Assembly (NCBI GenBank): GCA_963827235.1
Contig: CAWHAE010000008.1
Coordinates: 32,001-96,000 of the forward strand
DNA length: 64,000 bases
Reading direction: 5' to 3'
From: an uncultured bacterium
GTDB taxonomy: Bacteria; Chloroflexota; UBA5177; JANWHV01
The stretch's first letter is position 1, and each line of letters begins with the position of its first letter. Shown here one piece after another: positions 31,232 to 41,740 of the stretch. Under the pieces are notes generated by a model. It saw nothing but the letters and a program-made list of their open reading frames with translations, was not told the DNA's origin and did not search any database. A program made the translations under genes and the position numbers.

Positions 31232-32796
31232 GCGAGTTTCTGGAAATCTACGACACTACCCTCCGAGACGGCAGCCAGGGTGAGGGCATCAGCCTCAGTC
31301 TGAGCGACAAGCTGCATATCGCCGAGCGGCTGGACATGCTCGGCGTGGACTACGTCGAAGGCGGCTGGCCGGGCTCGAACCCGAAAGACGTGGCCTTTTT
31401 CCAGGCGGCTGCCGCCCGCACGTGGCGGCACGCGAGGATCTATGCTTTCGGCAGCACGCGCCGGCCGGGCATTTCCGCGCGGACCGACGCCAACATACAG
31501 GCATTGGTCGAGTGCCGGACCGCCGGCGTGACGATATTCGGCAAGACCTGGACGCATCACGTCACGGACGTTCTGCAGACGACGCTCGACGAGAATCTGT
31601 CCATGATAGCCGACTCCGTCGGCTATCTCCGTGGGCAAGGGCTGCGCGTGATCTACGACGCGGAGCACTTCTTCGATGGCTACAAGGTCGATCCCGCCTA
31701 TGCGCTGGCCACGCTGCGCGCGGCGGCCTCGGCGGGTGCCGGCGCGCTGGTCCTCTGCGACACGAATGGTGGCTGCCTGCCTGAGATTCTCGTGCAGGCG
31801 GTGCGCAGCGTACGGGACACCTTCCCGGAATCCCGGATCGGTATCCACACGCACAACGACGCCGAATTGGCCGTGGCGAATACTCTTGCAGCCGTCCAGG
31901 CCGGAGCATCCCACGTGCAAGGCACGTTCAATGGCTATGGCGAGCGATGCGGCAACGCGAACCTCTGCTCGATCATTCCCAATCTGGAGCTGAAATACGG
32001 CATACGATGCCTGCCGGAAGGCCACCTCAAGCACCTGACGGAAGCGGCGCGATACGTGGGAGAAGTCGCCAACAAGCTGCTGGAGACCGACCAGCCGTAC
32101 GTTGGCCACAGTGCCTTCGCGCACAAGGGCGGCGTGCACGTCAGCGCCATGCGGCGCTCGCCGATCGCATACCAGCACGTCGATCCCGAGCTGGTCGGCA
32201 ACACCCAGCGCACGCTGATCTCCGAGCTATCAGGCCGCGGAAACGTGCTCGAGCTCGTCGAGCGCGTGGGCAGCGCCACCTTGGACGGCCCGCGGCTGAG
32301 TGCGGTGGTCGAGCAGGTGAAGGCGCTGGAGAACGAGGGATTTGCCTTCGAGAGCGCCGAGGCCTCTGTCCACCTGCTGGTTCGCCGTACCGAGCCCAAC
32401 TACAGCCCGCCGTTTCGCCTGGTCGACTTCACCGTGGTGATCCAGCGCATGCCGACGCGCGAGATGGTAGCACAGGCTATGCTCAAGCTCGATATCAACG
32501 GGGTAATCGAGCACACCGCGGCGGACGGCAACGGCCCCGTGAACGCGCTCGACCTGGCGGCTCGCAAAGCACTTCGTTCCCACTATCCACACCTGGACGA
32601 AACCAAGCTTCTGGACTACAAGGTGCGCGTGCTGGATGGCCACGACGGCACGGCGGCGGTAGTGCGCGTCCTGATTGAGACCGGCGACGAGGACGAGACG
32701 TGGAGTACGGTGGGCAGCTCGCAGAACATCATCGAGGCGAGCTGGATAGCCCTGAGCGATAGCTTGGAATACGCCGTGCTCCGTGGCCGGAGCTGA
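31228..32796 (+). CDS. cimA: Citramalate synthase
   Basis: YDTTLRDGSQGEG, GGWPGSNPKD, DAEHFFDG, GYGERCGNANL, AHKGGVH, DYKVRVL. Confidence 0.92.
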   Translation: MSEFLEIYDTTLRDGSQGEGISLSLSDKLHIAERLDMLGVDYVEGGWPGSNPKDVAFFQAAAARTWRHARIYAFGSTRRPGISARTDANIQALVECRTAGVTIFGKTWTHHVTDVLQTTLDENLSMIADSVGYLRGQGLRVIYDAEHFFDGYKVDPAYALATLRAAASAGAGALVLCDTNGGCLPEILVQAVRSVRDTFPESRIGIHTHNDAELAVANTLAAVQAGASHVQGTFNGYGERCGNANLCSIIPNLELKYGIRCLPEGHLKHLTEAARYVGEVANKLLETDQPYVGHSAFAHKGGVHVSAMRRSPIAYQHVDPELVGNTQRTLISELSGRGNVLELVERVGSATLDGPRLSAVVEQVKALENEGFAFESAEASVHLLVRRTEPNYSPPFRLVDFTVVIQRMPTREMVAQAMLKLDINGVIEHTAADGNGPVNALDLAARKALRSHYPHLDETKLLDYKVRVLDGHDGTAAVVRVLIETGDEDETWSTVGSSQNIIEASWIALSDSLEYAVLRGRS

Positions 32797-32926
32797 TTGT
32801 CTGCCCCTCCTGTTGCGTGCAGGGTCCGGCGAAAGCGTGCACTCCCGAGGAGTGCGTGTCATCGTCCTGTCATGCCGGTGGACTACGCTGGTTGACGGAG
32901 ACTTTTCGATCTCGAGGAGGTAGACA

Positions 32927-33091
32927 ATGAACATCGTCAACATGGTTCGGCGGATCGCTATGCTTCCGGCTGTCCGGAGCCACACGCTGCCTGCGCTGGC
33001 AAGGTGCGTGGCTGCCCTGGAGAGGCTCGAGCAGCCCGACCGCCGCCGCCGGCGGCGTCGCCGGCCGAATCCGAAGCCTCCGGAGGGCTAA
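32927..33091 (+). CDS. Putative 54-aa poly-Arg microprotein
   Basis: GAGGAGG SD 6 nt before ATG; MNIVNMVRRIAMLPAVRSHTLPALARCVAALERLEQPDRRRRRRRRPNPKPPEG; hairpin 33103-33128 after the stop. Confidence 0.5.
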   Translation: MNIVNMVRRIAMLPAVRSHTLPALARCVAALERLEQPDRRRRRRRRPNPKPPEG

Positions 33092-33576
33092 CCGGTAGTG
33101 GCGCGCCGAGCATGCATCTGCTCGGCGCCAAGGATACCGCGAGCAGTGTGGACCGCGACGGACTGCGGCGTTCCGCGTTCGTCTCGCGCCCACGTGCAGT
33201 AACTGCACGCCGGGCGGGATCGCATCCCACCCGGCGTCCTGCGTTCTGCCGCGCGCTCGGGCTTGAGCCCAAGGTAGCCACTGCCCAAAAGCGGACTCAA
33301 GCCAGGTGCGGAAGAGCCTCCGTCGGCTGACCACCTCCACCCAACCCAGATTGCACGCTGCGGATGCGTCCGGACCGAGTGGGCGGACCGAAAATCTGTG
33401 ATCCGGCGCTTCGGTGCGCCGATCCTGGGATCGCGATTGTCTCGACCGCCTCCGGACATGCCCGATATGGCTTCCATCGTCGAGAGACGACAAGCCGCTG
33501 CGTCACAACGTCCACGTGTGCCCGGGGCCGGAGGACCCAGCGCCTCCGGACGGCGGCATCTGCTACCCTTAATCAC

Positions 33577-34347
33577 ATGATTCTCCAGGATTTGGCCCTG
33601 TTCGCCAGCGCTGTGCTCGGCGGAGGGCTCAACTCGGTCGCCGGCGGCGGCAGCTTCCTCACCTTTCCCGCTCTCGTAGTCTCCGGAGTCGGACCAATCA
33701 GAGCAAACGCGACCAGCACCGTGGCCCTGTGGCCGGGATCGGTGGCGAGCGTCGGGGCGTACCGTCGCGAACTGGGCTCGGTTCCGCATGTACGTGAGCT
33801 GAGCGCCGTCAGCGTGGTCGGCGGCCTGTTGGGCGCCGTGCTGCTGCTGCGCACGCCGTCGGCTACGTTTTCGGCCCTGATACCCTATCTGCTGCTCGTG
33901 GCGACGCTGCTTTTCGCCTTCAACACACACATCAAGAGCTCGCTCAAGCGCCTGTTCGGCTCGGGGGGCTCGCGGCCGGCCCCGGCCGGACACGTGCCGA
34001 TCCCCCTGGTGGTAGCGCAGCTGGTGATAGCCACCTACGGGGGCTTCTTCGGCGGTGGCATTGGCATATTGATGCTCGCCGCCCTGGGCCTTCTCGGTCT
34101 CGACAACATCCACGAGATGAATGCGCTCAAGACGCTGCTGGCAAGCTGCATCAACGGCATCGCCGTGGTGACGTTCGTGGTCGCCCGCGCCGTAGAGTGG
34201 CCGCAGGCCGTGTTGATGCTTGCAGGCGCCGTCATCGGCGGCTACGCCGGCGCAGCTACTGCCCGCAAGCTCGATCAGCGCGTCGTCCGCGCCTTCGTCA
34301 TCGCGGTGGGCTGTACGATGACGGTCTACTTCTTCGCCAGGCGCTGA
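33577..34347 (+). CDS. TauE/SafE (TSUP) family membrane protein
   Basis: NSVAGGGSFLTFPAL, ANATSTVALWPG, YGGFFGGGIGIL, MNALK. Confidence 0.92.
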   Translation: MILQDLALFASAVLGGGLNSVAGGGSFLTFPALVVSGVGPIRANATSTVALWPGSVASVGAYRRELGSVPHVRELSAVSVVGGLLGAVLLLRTPSATFSALIPYLLLVATLLFAFNTHIKSSLKRLFGSGGSRPAPAGHVPIPLVVAQLVIATYGGFFGGGIGILMLAALGLLGLDNIHEMNALKTLLASCINGIAVVTFVVARAVEWPQAVLMLAGAVIGGYAGAATARKLDQRVVRAFVIAVGCTMTVYFFARR

Positions 34348-34349
34348 CT

Positions 34350-35347
34350 GGCAGCCCGAAGCCTGGCTCGCCTATCGCGACGCCATCGTGCGCGACCTCG
34401 CCCCCCACGGCGACCTGGAGACCATCCTGGCCGAGCGCATCGCCCTGCTGCACTGGCGGCAGGCGCGCATCGCCCGCCACGAGTGCGCCCTGATCACCCA
34501 GGACCAGGTGCGGCTCTCCCGGGAGCAGGCCGAGCGGCGCTTCGCCGTGTGCGAGGACCGCCCCTCCACCATGGCGGAGTTGGATGCCGAGCGGCGGTCC
34601 TGCAACGACCGCCTGGCGCTGCTGGAGCGCTGGGCGGAGCTGGAGCCGGAGGACGTGCTTACCGTGGCGGCGGTGCACAGTCTGCTGGAGGCGATGCTCG
34701 CCCCGCTGGGGCCGCAGGAGGCCACGGTACCGCTGCTGCTGGACGCGACGGCGACGGAGAGCCTGGAGCAGTACTGTGGGCGGCAGCGCTGGACCCGGTT
34801 GCTGGTGGAGGCGGCGCTGGAGCCGATCTGCGCGGTTGGCACCAGCGTGGCGACGATGCACGCCGTGGCGGTGCGGCGGGCGGGGGAGGCGGTGTCGGCG
34901 CTGGCCCGAGCCCGGTCCGACCAGGAGATCGGCGTGGTGGCGGCCACGCACGGGCTGGCCGACCTGCGGGTGCTGGAGCGGTTGGCGCGCTACGAAGCGC
35001 ACCTCTCGCGGGAGATCCAGCGCACCAGGCGTGAGCTGGCGGAGGTCCGTGCCGAGCGCCGTGCGGCAGAGCACAGCGGAAATTGCGAAACGAATTCGCG
35101 CCCGGAGGGCACTGCCGCACCCGCCGCTCCCCTCGCACCACGCCCGCGACCCACTGCGGTGGGTACCGGCCGGTCCGTGCCCTGCCATTCGACCTCACTC
35201 GGAGGGACCGCGTGCCCCGGGCCGCGGTCTCTCATCTGCTGCCATGAGCGATCGCGATTGCAGGCTGGCGGCCCCCAGAGGACATCACACCCGACCTCGG
35301 CCGCCTGGATTGCGATCGGCCTACGAGCGCGATTTCAGGCATATTGA
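34350..35347 (+). pseudogene. 5'-truncated helical hypothetical protein
   Basis: DLAPHGDLETILAERIALLHWRQAR..LARYEAHLSREIQR; no SD or clear start, the frame begins at the TauE stop. Confidence 0.5.
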
Positions 35348-35479
35348 AGTAGTTTTGCGGCGTGAGCCGGGATCGGGCCCTAACGGTGCTCGGCAGCGCT
35401 GCAGGCTGCCACGGTTTCCACACTGTTTGATCGCCGCTGGACTGCGGCAGTAGAAGAGGAACAAGGAGTAGGGACGATC

Positions 35480-35941
35480 ATGGGTGAAACTCGGCTTTCG
35501 CGTGGCGCGTTTATGCGGACTGTGGGTACTGTTGCCAGTGCGGCTGTGGGGCTGTCGATTGCGATGACACCGCGCCGAGCGTTCGCTCTGGTCAGTGGTG
35601 CAGGCAGTCTGGCCAAGGTGACCAGCCTGCAGAAACTGAAGGTAGGAGTGAACGGACCATTTACGTTCTCCGTGTCCGCCTCCCAGCCGAATACGAACTC
35701 GATCTTCCTTATCAAGAGCGCTAAGGGCACGGTGACGGCGCTAGAGGCAACCTGCAGGCACCGAGGCTGTCCGGTAGCCTGGGTCGCAAAGGACAAACTG
35801 TTCGAATGCCCGTGTCATGGCAGTGAGTACGCCAGCAGTGGCAAGGTCGTGCAAGGTCCGGCGATGAGTAATCTCTACAGCCACCAGGTTGTCGTGCGAG
35901 CCGGCCAGGTTTGGGTGATGAGCAACCGTTCGAGCAATTAG
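35480..35941 (+). CDS. Tat-exported Rieske [2Fe-2S] protein
   Basis: CRHRGC and CPCHGSEY boxes; SRGAFM Tat-like leader; AAGGAG SD. Confidence 0.9.
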   Translation: MGETRLSRGAFMRTVGTVASAAVGLSIAMTPRRAFALVSGAGSLAKVTSLQKLKVGVNGPFTFSVSASQPNTNSIFLIKSAKGTVTALEATCRHRGCPVAWVAKDKLFECPCHGSEYASSGKVVQGPAMSNLYSHQVVVRAGQVWVMSNRSSN

Positions 35942-36168
35942 CTCAAGGAGAGACCGTCGCATCGGCTCGCCCGTGGTGCAGCGAAGTTAGGGGAGCGCAG
36001 CTTCCGGGCCCGTGTCCCGGCCCGATCCCGCACCACGCGCACGGCAGTGCTGCGCTTCCGCAACCGTGAACGTGCAATGAGAGCTCCCGGTCAACGTGGC
36101 GGTCCAAACGCAATGCATAGGTTGGTACGGCGCAGCCCGCGCCGCGCCATCCTGGGAAGCGGGAAGCG

Positions 36169-38655
36169 GTGGAGATGAATTCCTTCAAGCAGAGGAGCAC
36201 TGGAAATCGGCGCGTGCGGCACGGCTGCTGCGTCTTGCTGTTTAGTGCTCTCGTTCTGATCGATGCTTCCGTGCCGGCAGGAGCGGCCGCGGTGCTCGTT
36301 GCCCCGTCTCCCACTCCTGCTGCCGCCGTCGTGGCCACGCCTGCTCCTACCGGCTCGGCCACGCCCGCTCCGACCGCCCCGGGCACCGCGGTGCCCGGGG
36401 CGGCTTCGACCGTGCCGACGGAAACTGTAACTCTCACGCCGACTGTAACCCTCTCGGGTACAGTCCCTCCCACGGCAACGGCAGCGCTTCCGCCCGGTTC
36501 CGCTTCCGCGACTGCCACCGCCGCGCCGGTCCCTGGGGCCGCACCTGGCGACGTCACCACGTACCTGGGATCCATCGCCAGGACGAGCTTCAATGCCACG
36601 GAGACGCGGATCACCGCGTCGAGCGCGGCCAACCTCGTGTTGTCCTGGAGCCTGGACGGCCACGGGAGCTACATCTCGACCCAGCCTATCGTGGCAAACG
36701 GCGTGGTCTATTGGGGCGATTACAACGGATACGAGCACGCAACCAACGCTACCACTGGCAAGGATATCTGGTCTCGATTCCTTGGTGACTACTACGCCGG
36801 TTCCTCAGGCAATCCGACCTACTGCACGCCGGACCAAATGGGCGTGGTCGCCTCGCCCGCGGTGGCGCAGCTCAACGGCCGTGCGCTGGTGTTCGTGCCA
36901 GGCGGGGGTCACATGAGCGGCAACACCGGCCCGGTGTTCTTCTTCGCTCTCGACGCTGCCAGCGGACAGGTCGTTTGGCAAACGCTCGTGGGCAACGCAC
37001 CTGCCGACACCATGTGGAGCTCGCCGGCCATTTACAACGGGAGCATCTACGTGGGCGTTGCGGCACAGGGCGGTTGTCCGGACCATGCCGCCAGTCGCCT
37101 GCTGAAGCTCAATGAAGCCACGGGCGCACTCCAGGCAACTGCTCACCTGGTGCCGGCCGGCTGCACGGGTGGAGACATCTGGGGTTCACCCGCCATCGAC
37201 GTGACCGAGAATACCGTCTATTTCGCCACCGGCGATCAGGACAACAAGTGCTTGGGCAAGGAGCCTCTTGCGCAGGCCGTCGTTGAGGTGCGTGCCAGCG
37301 ATCTGGGCTACATGGGATCGTGGAAGGTCCAGGAAGCCACCGACATGGACCACGACTTCGGGTCGACTCCGACGCTGTTCAGCAGCGGAACCCGGGGTCT
37401 GGTCGGCGTCGTGAATAAGAATGGCGTGTTCTACACCTTCGCCCGCGATAGGCTGTCCTCCGGACCGATCTGGATCAAGCACATTGCCGATCCTGGTCTT
37501 GCCAGTCCGGAAATAGGCGACGGGTCGGTGTCGCCGGCTTCCTGGGATGGTCAAACCCTCTATGTCGGCGGCGGCACGAGCGTGGACAAGAAATGCCAGG
37601 GCACGGTCGAAGCGCTGGATCCAGGTTCGGGAAAGACGAAGTGGTCGGACTGCATGCCCGGCCCGGTGATTCCCGCTGTGGTCGGGGCCCCCGGAATCCT
37701 GGTAGTCGGTGCCAGCTCGCATCTCATGGTGCTGAGCGCGACCACGGGGGCCGTGCTCTGGAAATGGCTCGACCCGCGTATGACGCCCTTCTGGGCGGCG
37801 CCGACCATCTCAAATGGCGTGATCTATGCCGCGAACTCGGGCTGGGCGGAGCCGGGGCGATCGTGGGGACCTGGGCGCCTCTATGCCTTTACACTGGCCA
37901 AGGGTCCGCTACCCACCCCTACACCGGTGCCCAACGTCTGCCCTGCCGGCTGGTCGTGCACCGACATCGGCAACCCGACCGTGGCCTCCAGCGATCTGCT
38001 CCGGAGTGGCACCTGGACGGTGATCAGCGGCGGTGGGGACATCTGGGCCACCGGGGACCAATTCCACCTCGACTACAAGACGGTGCTGGGCAACGCCGCC
38101 ATCGCGGCGCAGGTTCGCACGCAGAGCTACAGCGATCCCTGGGCCAAGGCCGGTGTGATGCTGCGAGCAGGCACGGGCCCCGGCCAGGCCTTCTATGACG
38201 TGCTCGTCACTCCGAGCAACGGCATCGTGGTGCAGTATCGCTCGACGGCAGGTGCGTCGGCCATACAGGCTACGACCGTGAACGGGGCCGTGCCGGTATT
38301 CCTGAAGGTCAGCCGCACGGGTTCGTCGTTCAGCGCCTACACGTCAGCCGACGGCGCGCACTGGGTTGTCTTGCAGAATTCGACGGTGACAATCAACGCC
38401 CTCAACGGACCCGCGCTTGCCGGGCTTGCCGTCACCGCGCACAACCTGATTGACGCGGGCACCGTCACATACCGCGCGGTCAGCGTGGCGGCCGATCAAT
38501 TTGCCACGGCTACGCCCACTCCCATACCGCCTACCAGGACGCCCACTCCCACGGCCGGGAAGAAGACGCCGGCGCCCGTCGCTCATACGGGCACGCCTAC
38601 GCCCGCAGCCCGGGCGAAATCGCCGACCAGGACGCCGACTCCCAGCCCGGGCTAA
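36169..38655 (+). CDS. Secreted PQQ-type beta-propeller plus ConA-like jelly-roll protein with P/T linkers
   Basis: ALDAASGQVVWQ-type repeats, WSSPAI, DFGSTP; GGDIW..DQFH..WAKAGVMLR domain. Confidence 0.85.
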   Translation: MEMNSFKQRSTGNRRVRHGCCVLLFSALVLIDASVPAGAAAVLVAPSPTPAAAVVATPAPTGSATPAPTAPGTAVPGAASTVPTETVTLTPTVTLSGTVPPTATAALPPGSASATATAAPVPGAAPGDVTTYLGSIARTSFNATETRITASSAANLVLSWSLDGHGSYISTQPIVANGVVYWGDYNGYEHATNATTGKDIWSRFLGDYYAGSSGNPTYCTPDQMGVVASPAVAQLNGRALVFVPGGGHMSGNTGPVFFFALDAASGQVVWQTLVGNAPADTMWSSPAIYNGSIYVGVAAQGGCPDHAASRLLKLNEATGALQATAHLVPAGCTGGDIWGSPAIDVTENTVYFATGDQDNKCLGKEPLAQAVVEVRASDLGYMGSWKVQEATDMDHDFGSTPTLFSSGTRGLVGVVNKNGVFYTFARDRLSSGPIWIKHIADPGLASPEIGDGSVSPASWDGQTLYVGGGTSVDKKCQGTVEALDPGSGKTKWSDCMPGPVIPAVVGAPGILVVGASSHLMVLSATTGAVLWKWLDPRMTPFWAAPTISNGVIYAANSGWAEPGRSWGPGRLYAFTLAKGPLPTPTPVPNVCPAGWSCTDIGNPTVASSDLLRSGTWTVISGGGDIWATGDQFHLDYKTVLGNAAIAAQVRTQSYSDPWAKAGVMLRAGTGPGQAFYDVLVTPSNGIVVQYRSTAGASAIQATTVNGAVPVFLKVSRTGSSFSAYTSADGAHWVVLQNSTVTINALNGPALAGLAVTAHNLIDAGTVTYRAVSVAADQFATATPTPIPPTRTPTPTAGKKTPAPVAHTGTPTPAARAKSPTRTPTPSPG

Positions 38656-38797
38656 GCCGTATGGCGCGCCGGTTGTACACGCCTTGCCCTTGATCGGTGG
38701 CTCGGCGCGCGGCACCATGAAACCGCGCGCCGTGTGTGCCATCCGGCCTGAGCAAGCGGACGCGCCGGGTGCATCGGCTAGTCGGGGGTTGCGCAGC

Positions 38798-40455
38798 ATG
38801 GCGAACAGGAGTTGGTTGGCGGCGCTCGCTTGCGCCGTTCTGCTGCTCCTGTCCGGTTGCGCCGGCCTGCCCGGATCGTCCCAGGATGGCGGTACGGCAA
38901 GCCAGTCGTCGGCCTCGGTGTCTACGCAGGTGGCAGCCGCCGTGGCGGCGACTGTCTCTGCTCGCGATACGGGCACAGTGCCGGCCGCTCCGGCTCGGCC
39001 GACCATGCTCGATGCGCTCCCCACGGCCACCGCCAGCGCGACGGTATCTCCCTCGCGGACGGCGACCGCTACGGCGACGCTGGTGCCCACGCCGATGCTG
39101 CTGGCGCCGATCACCTTGCGGAGCGAGAAGCAGCGGGCGGTAAGCTGGAGCCTCGCTACTGGACAAACGCCTCGGCCGTCGTGTTCACGGTGGGCGCCCC
39201 GGCGGCCGGCAGCGCCGGTGCCGTGCCTCAGGTCGAGCTCGAGTCGCTCGCCACGCGGTACAACGGCTTGCCGTCCGGTCAGGGACTGCCGTTGCTGCCC
39301 GGGCAGACAACGGCCATTACCCTGTCCGTGAGCCAGCTGCCGGAAGGCGCATACCACTGGCGCGCTCGGCTGGCACTGGACAAGTGGCGCGGGCCCTGGG
39401 CCGACTACTACGACGGGCCGGCATTCAGAATCGATCGTACGCCGCCCAGCACCGTGGTTATCAGCTCGACGACGTACCCGGATCAGACCCAGACGTATTC
39501 CGCAGTGACGGGACTCTTTACCTGGACCGCCGCAAAGGACAACGGGGCGTTGCAGGGCTATCTGTGGAGCATCGATCGAAATCCCGATGGCGTGCCGGTG
39601 GGGACGCCAAGCCTTGCCCGGAGCGTGTCGCTGGGGCCGCTGGCAAATGGCTCGCTGTACTTCCACGTGCGTGCGGAGGACTGGGCGGGGAACCTGGGGG
39701 CCGTGTCAACCTATGCCGTTCATGTCGATGCCACGGCGCCCAAGCTCGGGCATGTCTTCTTCGATCGCTACCAGTTCAATCCGCAATACGACAAGCTGAC
39801 CATGAGGTTCACGCCAAGCAAGGACGTGACCGTCCAGGTCGATATCCGCAGCCAGAAGCCCAATGGCGCGGTCGCGATCCTGAATCTGGGGATGGCACGC
39901 GCCGGAACGCCATTCCACGTGGCCTGGAACGGCAGAGACTACCGGGGCGTCCTGGTTCAGCCAGGGCTGTACACGATGCTTGTCAAGATGACGGACAGGT
40001 ACGGCAACCGCGGCGACGGCTTCTTTTCGCAGCTCGGCGTCAACTACCGGCGCATCGTCGTACACCTGGCCACCCAGAGCATGGACGTCTACGACGGCGC
40101 GACGCTGCTCCGGCATACGTTGGTCACGACGGGCAATGCCCTGCTGCCTACGCCGCCCGGTATCTGGCACGTTGGCGCCAAGTTCCATCCCTACAAGTTC
40201 ATCAGCACGTGGCCCAAGACCAGCCCGTACTACTACCCGCCGTCAAACGTCGAGTACGCACTGTACTTTCACTCCGGCGGCTATTTCATCCACGATGCGC
40301 CCTGGCGCACCGTGTTTGGGCCGGGAACGAACACGGCGCCCGGGCCTCCCGGCGTATACAGCGGGACGCATGGCTGCGTCAACGTGCCGGACGATGTCGA
40401 GGCTTGGCTCTTCAGATGGGCCGCGATCGGCACCGTGGTGGTCGTGGAGCAGTAG
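38798..40455 (+). CDS. L,D-transpeptidase lipoprotein with Ig/FlgD-like domains (-1 frameshift near 39115)
   Basis: Lipobox LLSGC; AWNGRD..PGLY; YkuD motifs TPPG, FIHDAPW, THGCVN. Confidence 0.88.
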
Positions 40456-40533
40456 GCGCGCTAAACGCGACAAGCCTGCCGGAGGCGATAGCCCCGGCAG
40501 GCGCAGCACGCCATCGGACGTGAGGTCTGCTTC

Positions 40534-40722
40534 CTACTGGCTTCCGGTGCGCCGCTTCTGAGCCTTGCGCGCCGCCCGCTTGCGCTTGGTCTGCTCTCGC
40601 ATACGCTTAGTCTGAAACCGGCTCTTCTCGCGAAACACGCGAAGTATGCCGTCCTGCGCAACTTCCTTCTTGAAGCGGCGCAGCAGATGCTCAAAGCTCT
40701 CGCCGGATGTTGTTTCTACCAT
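40534..40722 (-). CDS. rpsU: 30S ribosomal protein S21
   Basis: GESFEHLLRRFKKEVAQDGIL..KRKRAARK; AAAGGTGA SD. Confidence 0.93.
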   Translation of the reverse strand: MVETTSGESFEHLLRRFKKEVAQDGILRVFREKSRFQTKRMREQTKRKRAARKAQKRRTGSQ

Positions 40723-40907
40723 ATCGCTATCAGCTCACCTTTGATTCGGATTCCGATCCACCAGCCCGCCACCGTCGGCGGCAACATCACGGCGCTTCTC
40801 AACACGCTGCTCGCCCTGCAGGCCTGTCGTCCTCTGAGTATAGCAGGGCTTGCGAAGTGCCAGCAATCCGCCGCTCATCCCCCGGAGGTATGCTATATTC
40901 TCCTCAA

Positions 40908-41729
40908 ATGGATGATCGTCCAATCGGTTTCTTCGACTCAGGCGTTGGCGGGCTCAGCATCCTGGCCGAGGTTCACAAGCTGCTACCGCGCGAGAGCCTG
41001 CTCTATGTCGGTGATTCGGCTCATTTCCCCTATGGTGCCATCCCACCGGATCAGCTCCGCGATCTCGCCGCCTCGCTGGCTTGCTACCTGCTGGAGCGGC
41101 AGGCCAAGATCATCGTCGTGGCATGTAACACCGCTACCGTGTACGCACTCGCGCACCTCAGGGCCAGGTTTCCTGGCGTGCCGTTTGTCGGTGTGGTGCC
41201 CGTTGTGAAGGTGTTGGCTGAGCGAAGCCGGAACGGCATCATCGGCTTGCTCTCCACGCCGAACACGGCGAAGAGCGCCTACCTGGAAGATCTGATCGGG
41301 CGCTTTGCCGCCGGCAGGCAGGTAATCAACGTGCCCTGCGATGGCTTGGCGGATATGGTCGAGCGCGGCGAACTGGAAGGCCCCCGGCTCGATAGCCTGC
41401 TCGCTGAATGCTTGGCGCCGGTGGTGCGAGGCGGCGCGGATGTGCTGGGACTGAGCTGCACGCACTATCCGTTCTTGCGACCGCACATTGCGGCGCTGCT
41501 TCCGTCACCGATCGATGTGTACGATTCCGGCGCCCCCGTGGCCGTCCGCGTGCGTTCGCTGCTGAGCGATGCGCTGGCACTCGGCGATCACGCCGAGCCG
41601 GCGCACGAGCTGTATACGACCGGAGACGTCGCCGGCTTCGAGTCCGTAGTGTCGCGTCTGCAGGGCGTACCCAAGCACCTTGTCGCACGGGCCGAGCTCA
41701 CGCCACGGCAACTTGCCGTGGTGGAGTGA
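40908..41729 (+). CDS. murI: Glutamate racemase
   Basis: FDSGVGGLS, FPYG, VVACNTA, LSCTHYP. Confidence 0.96.
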   Translation: MDDRPIGFFDSGVGGLSILAEVHKLLPRESLLYVGDSAHFPYGAIPPDQLRDLAASLACYLLERQAKIIVVACNTATVYALAHLRARFPGVPFVGVVPVVKVLAERSRNGIIGLLSTPNTAKSAYLEDLIGRFAAGRQVINVPCDGLADMVERGELEGPRLDSLLAECLAPVVRGGADVLGLSCTHYPFLRPHIAALLPSPIDVYDSGAPVAVRVRSLLSDALALGDHAEPAHELYTTGDVAGFESVVSRLQGVPKHLVARAELTPRQLAVVE

Positions 41730-41740
41730 CCGCGACGCCA

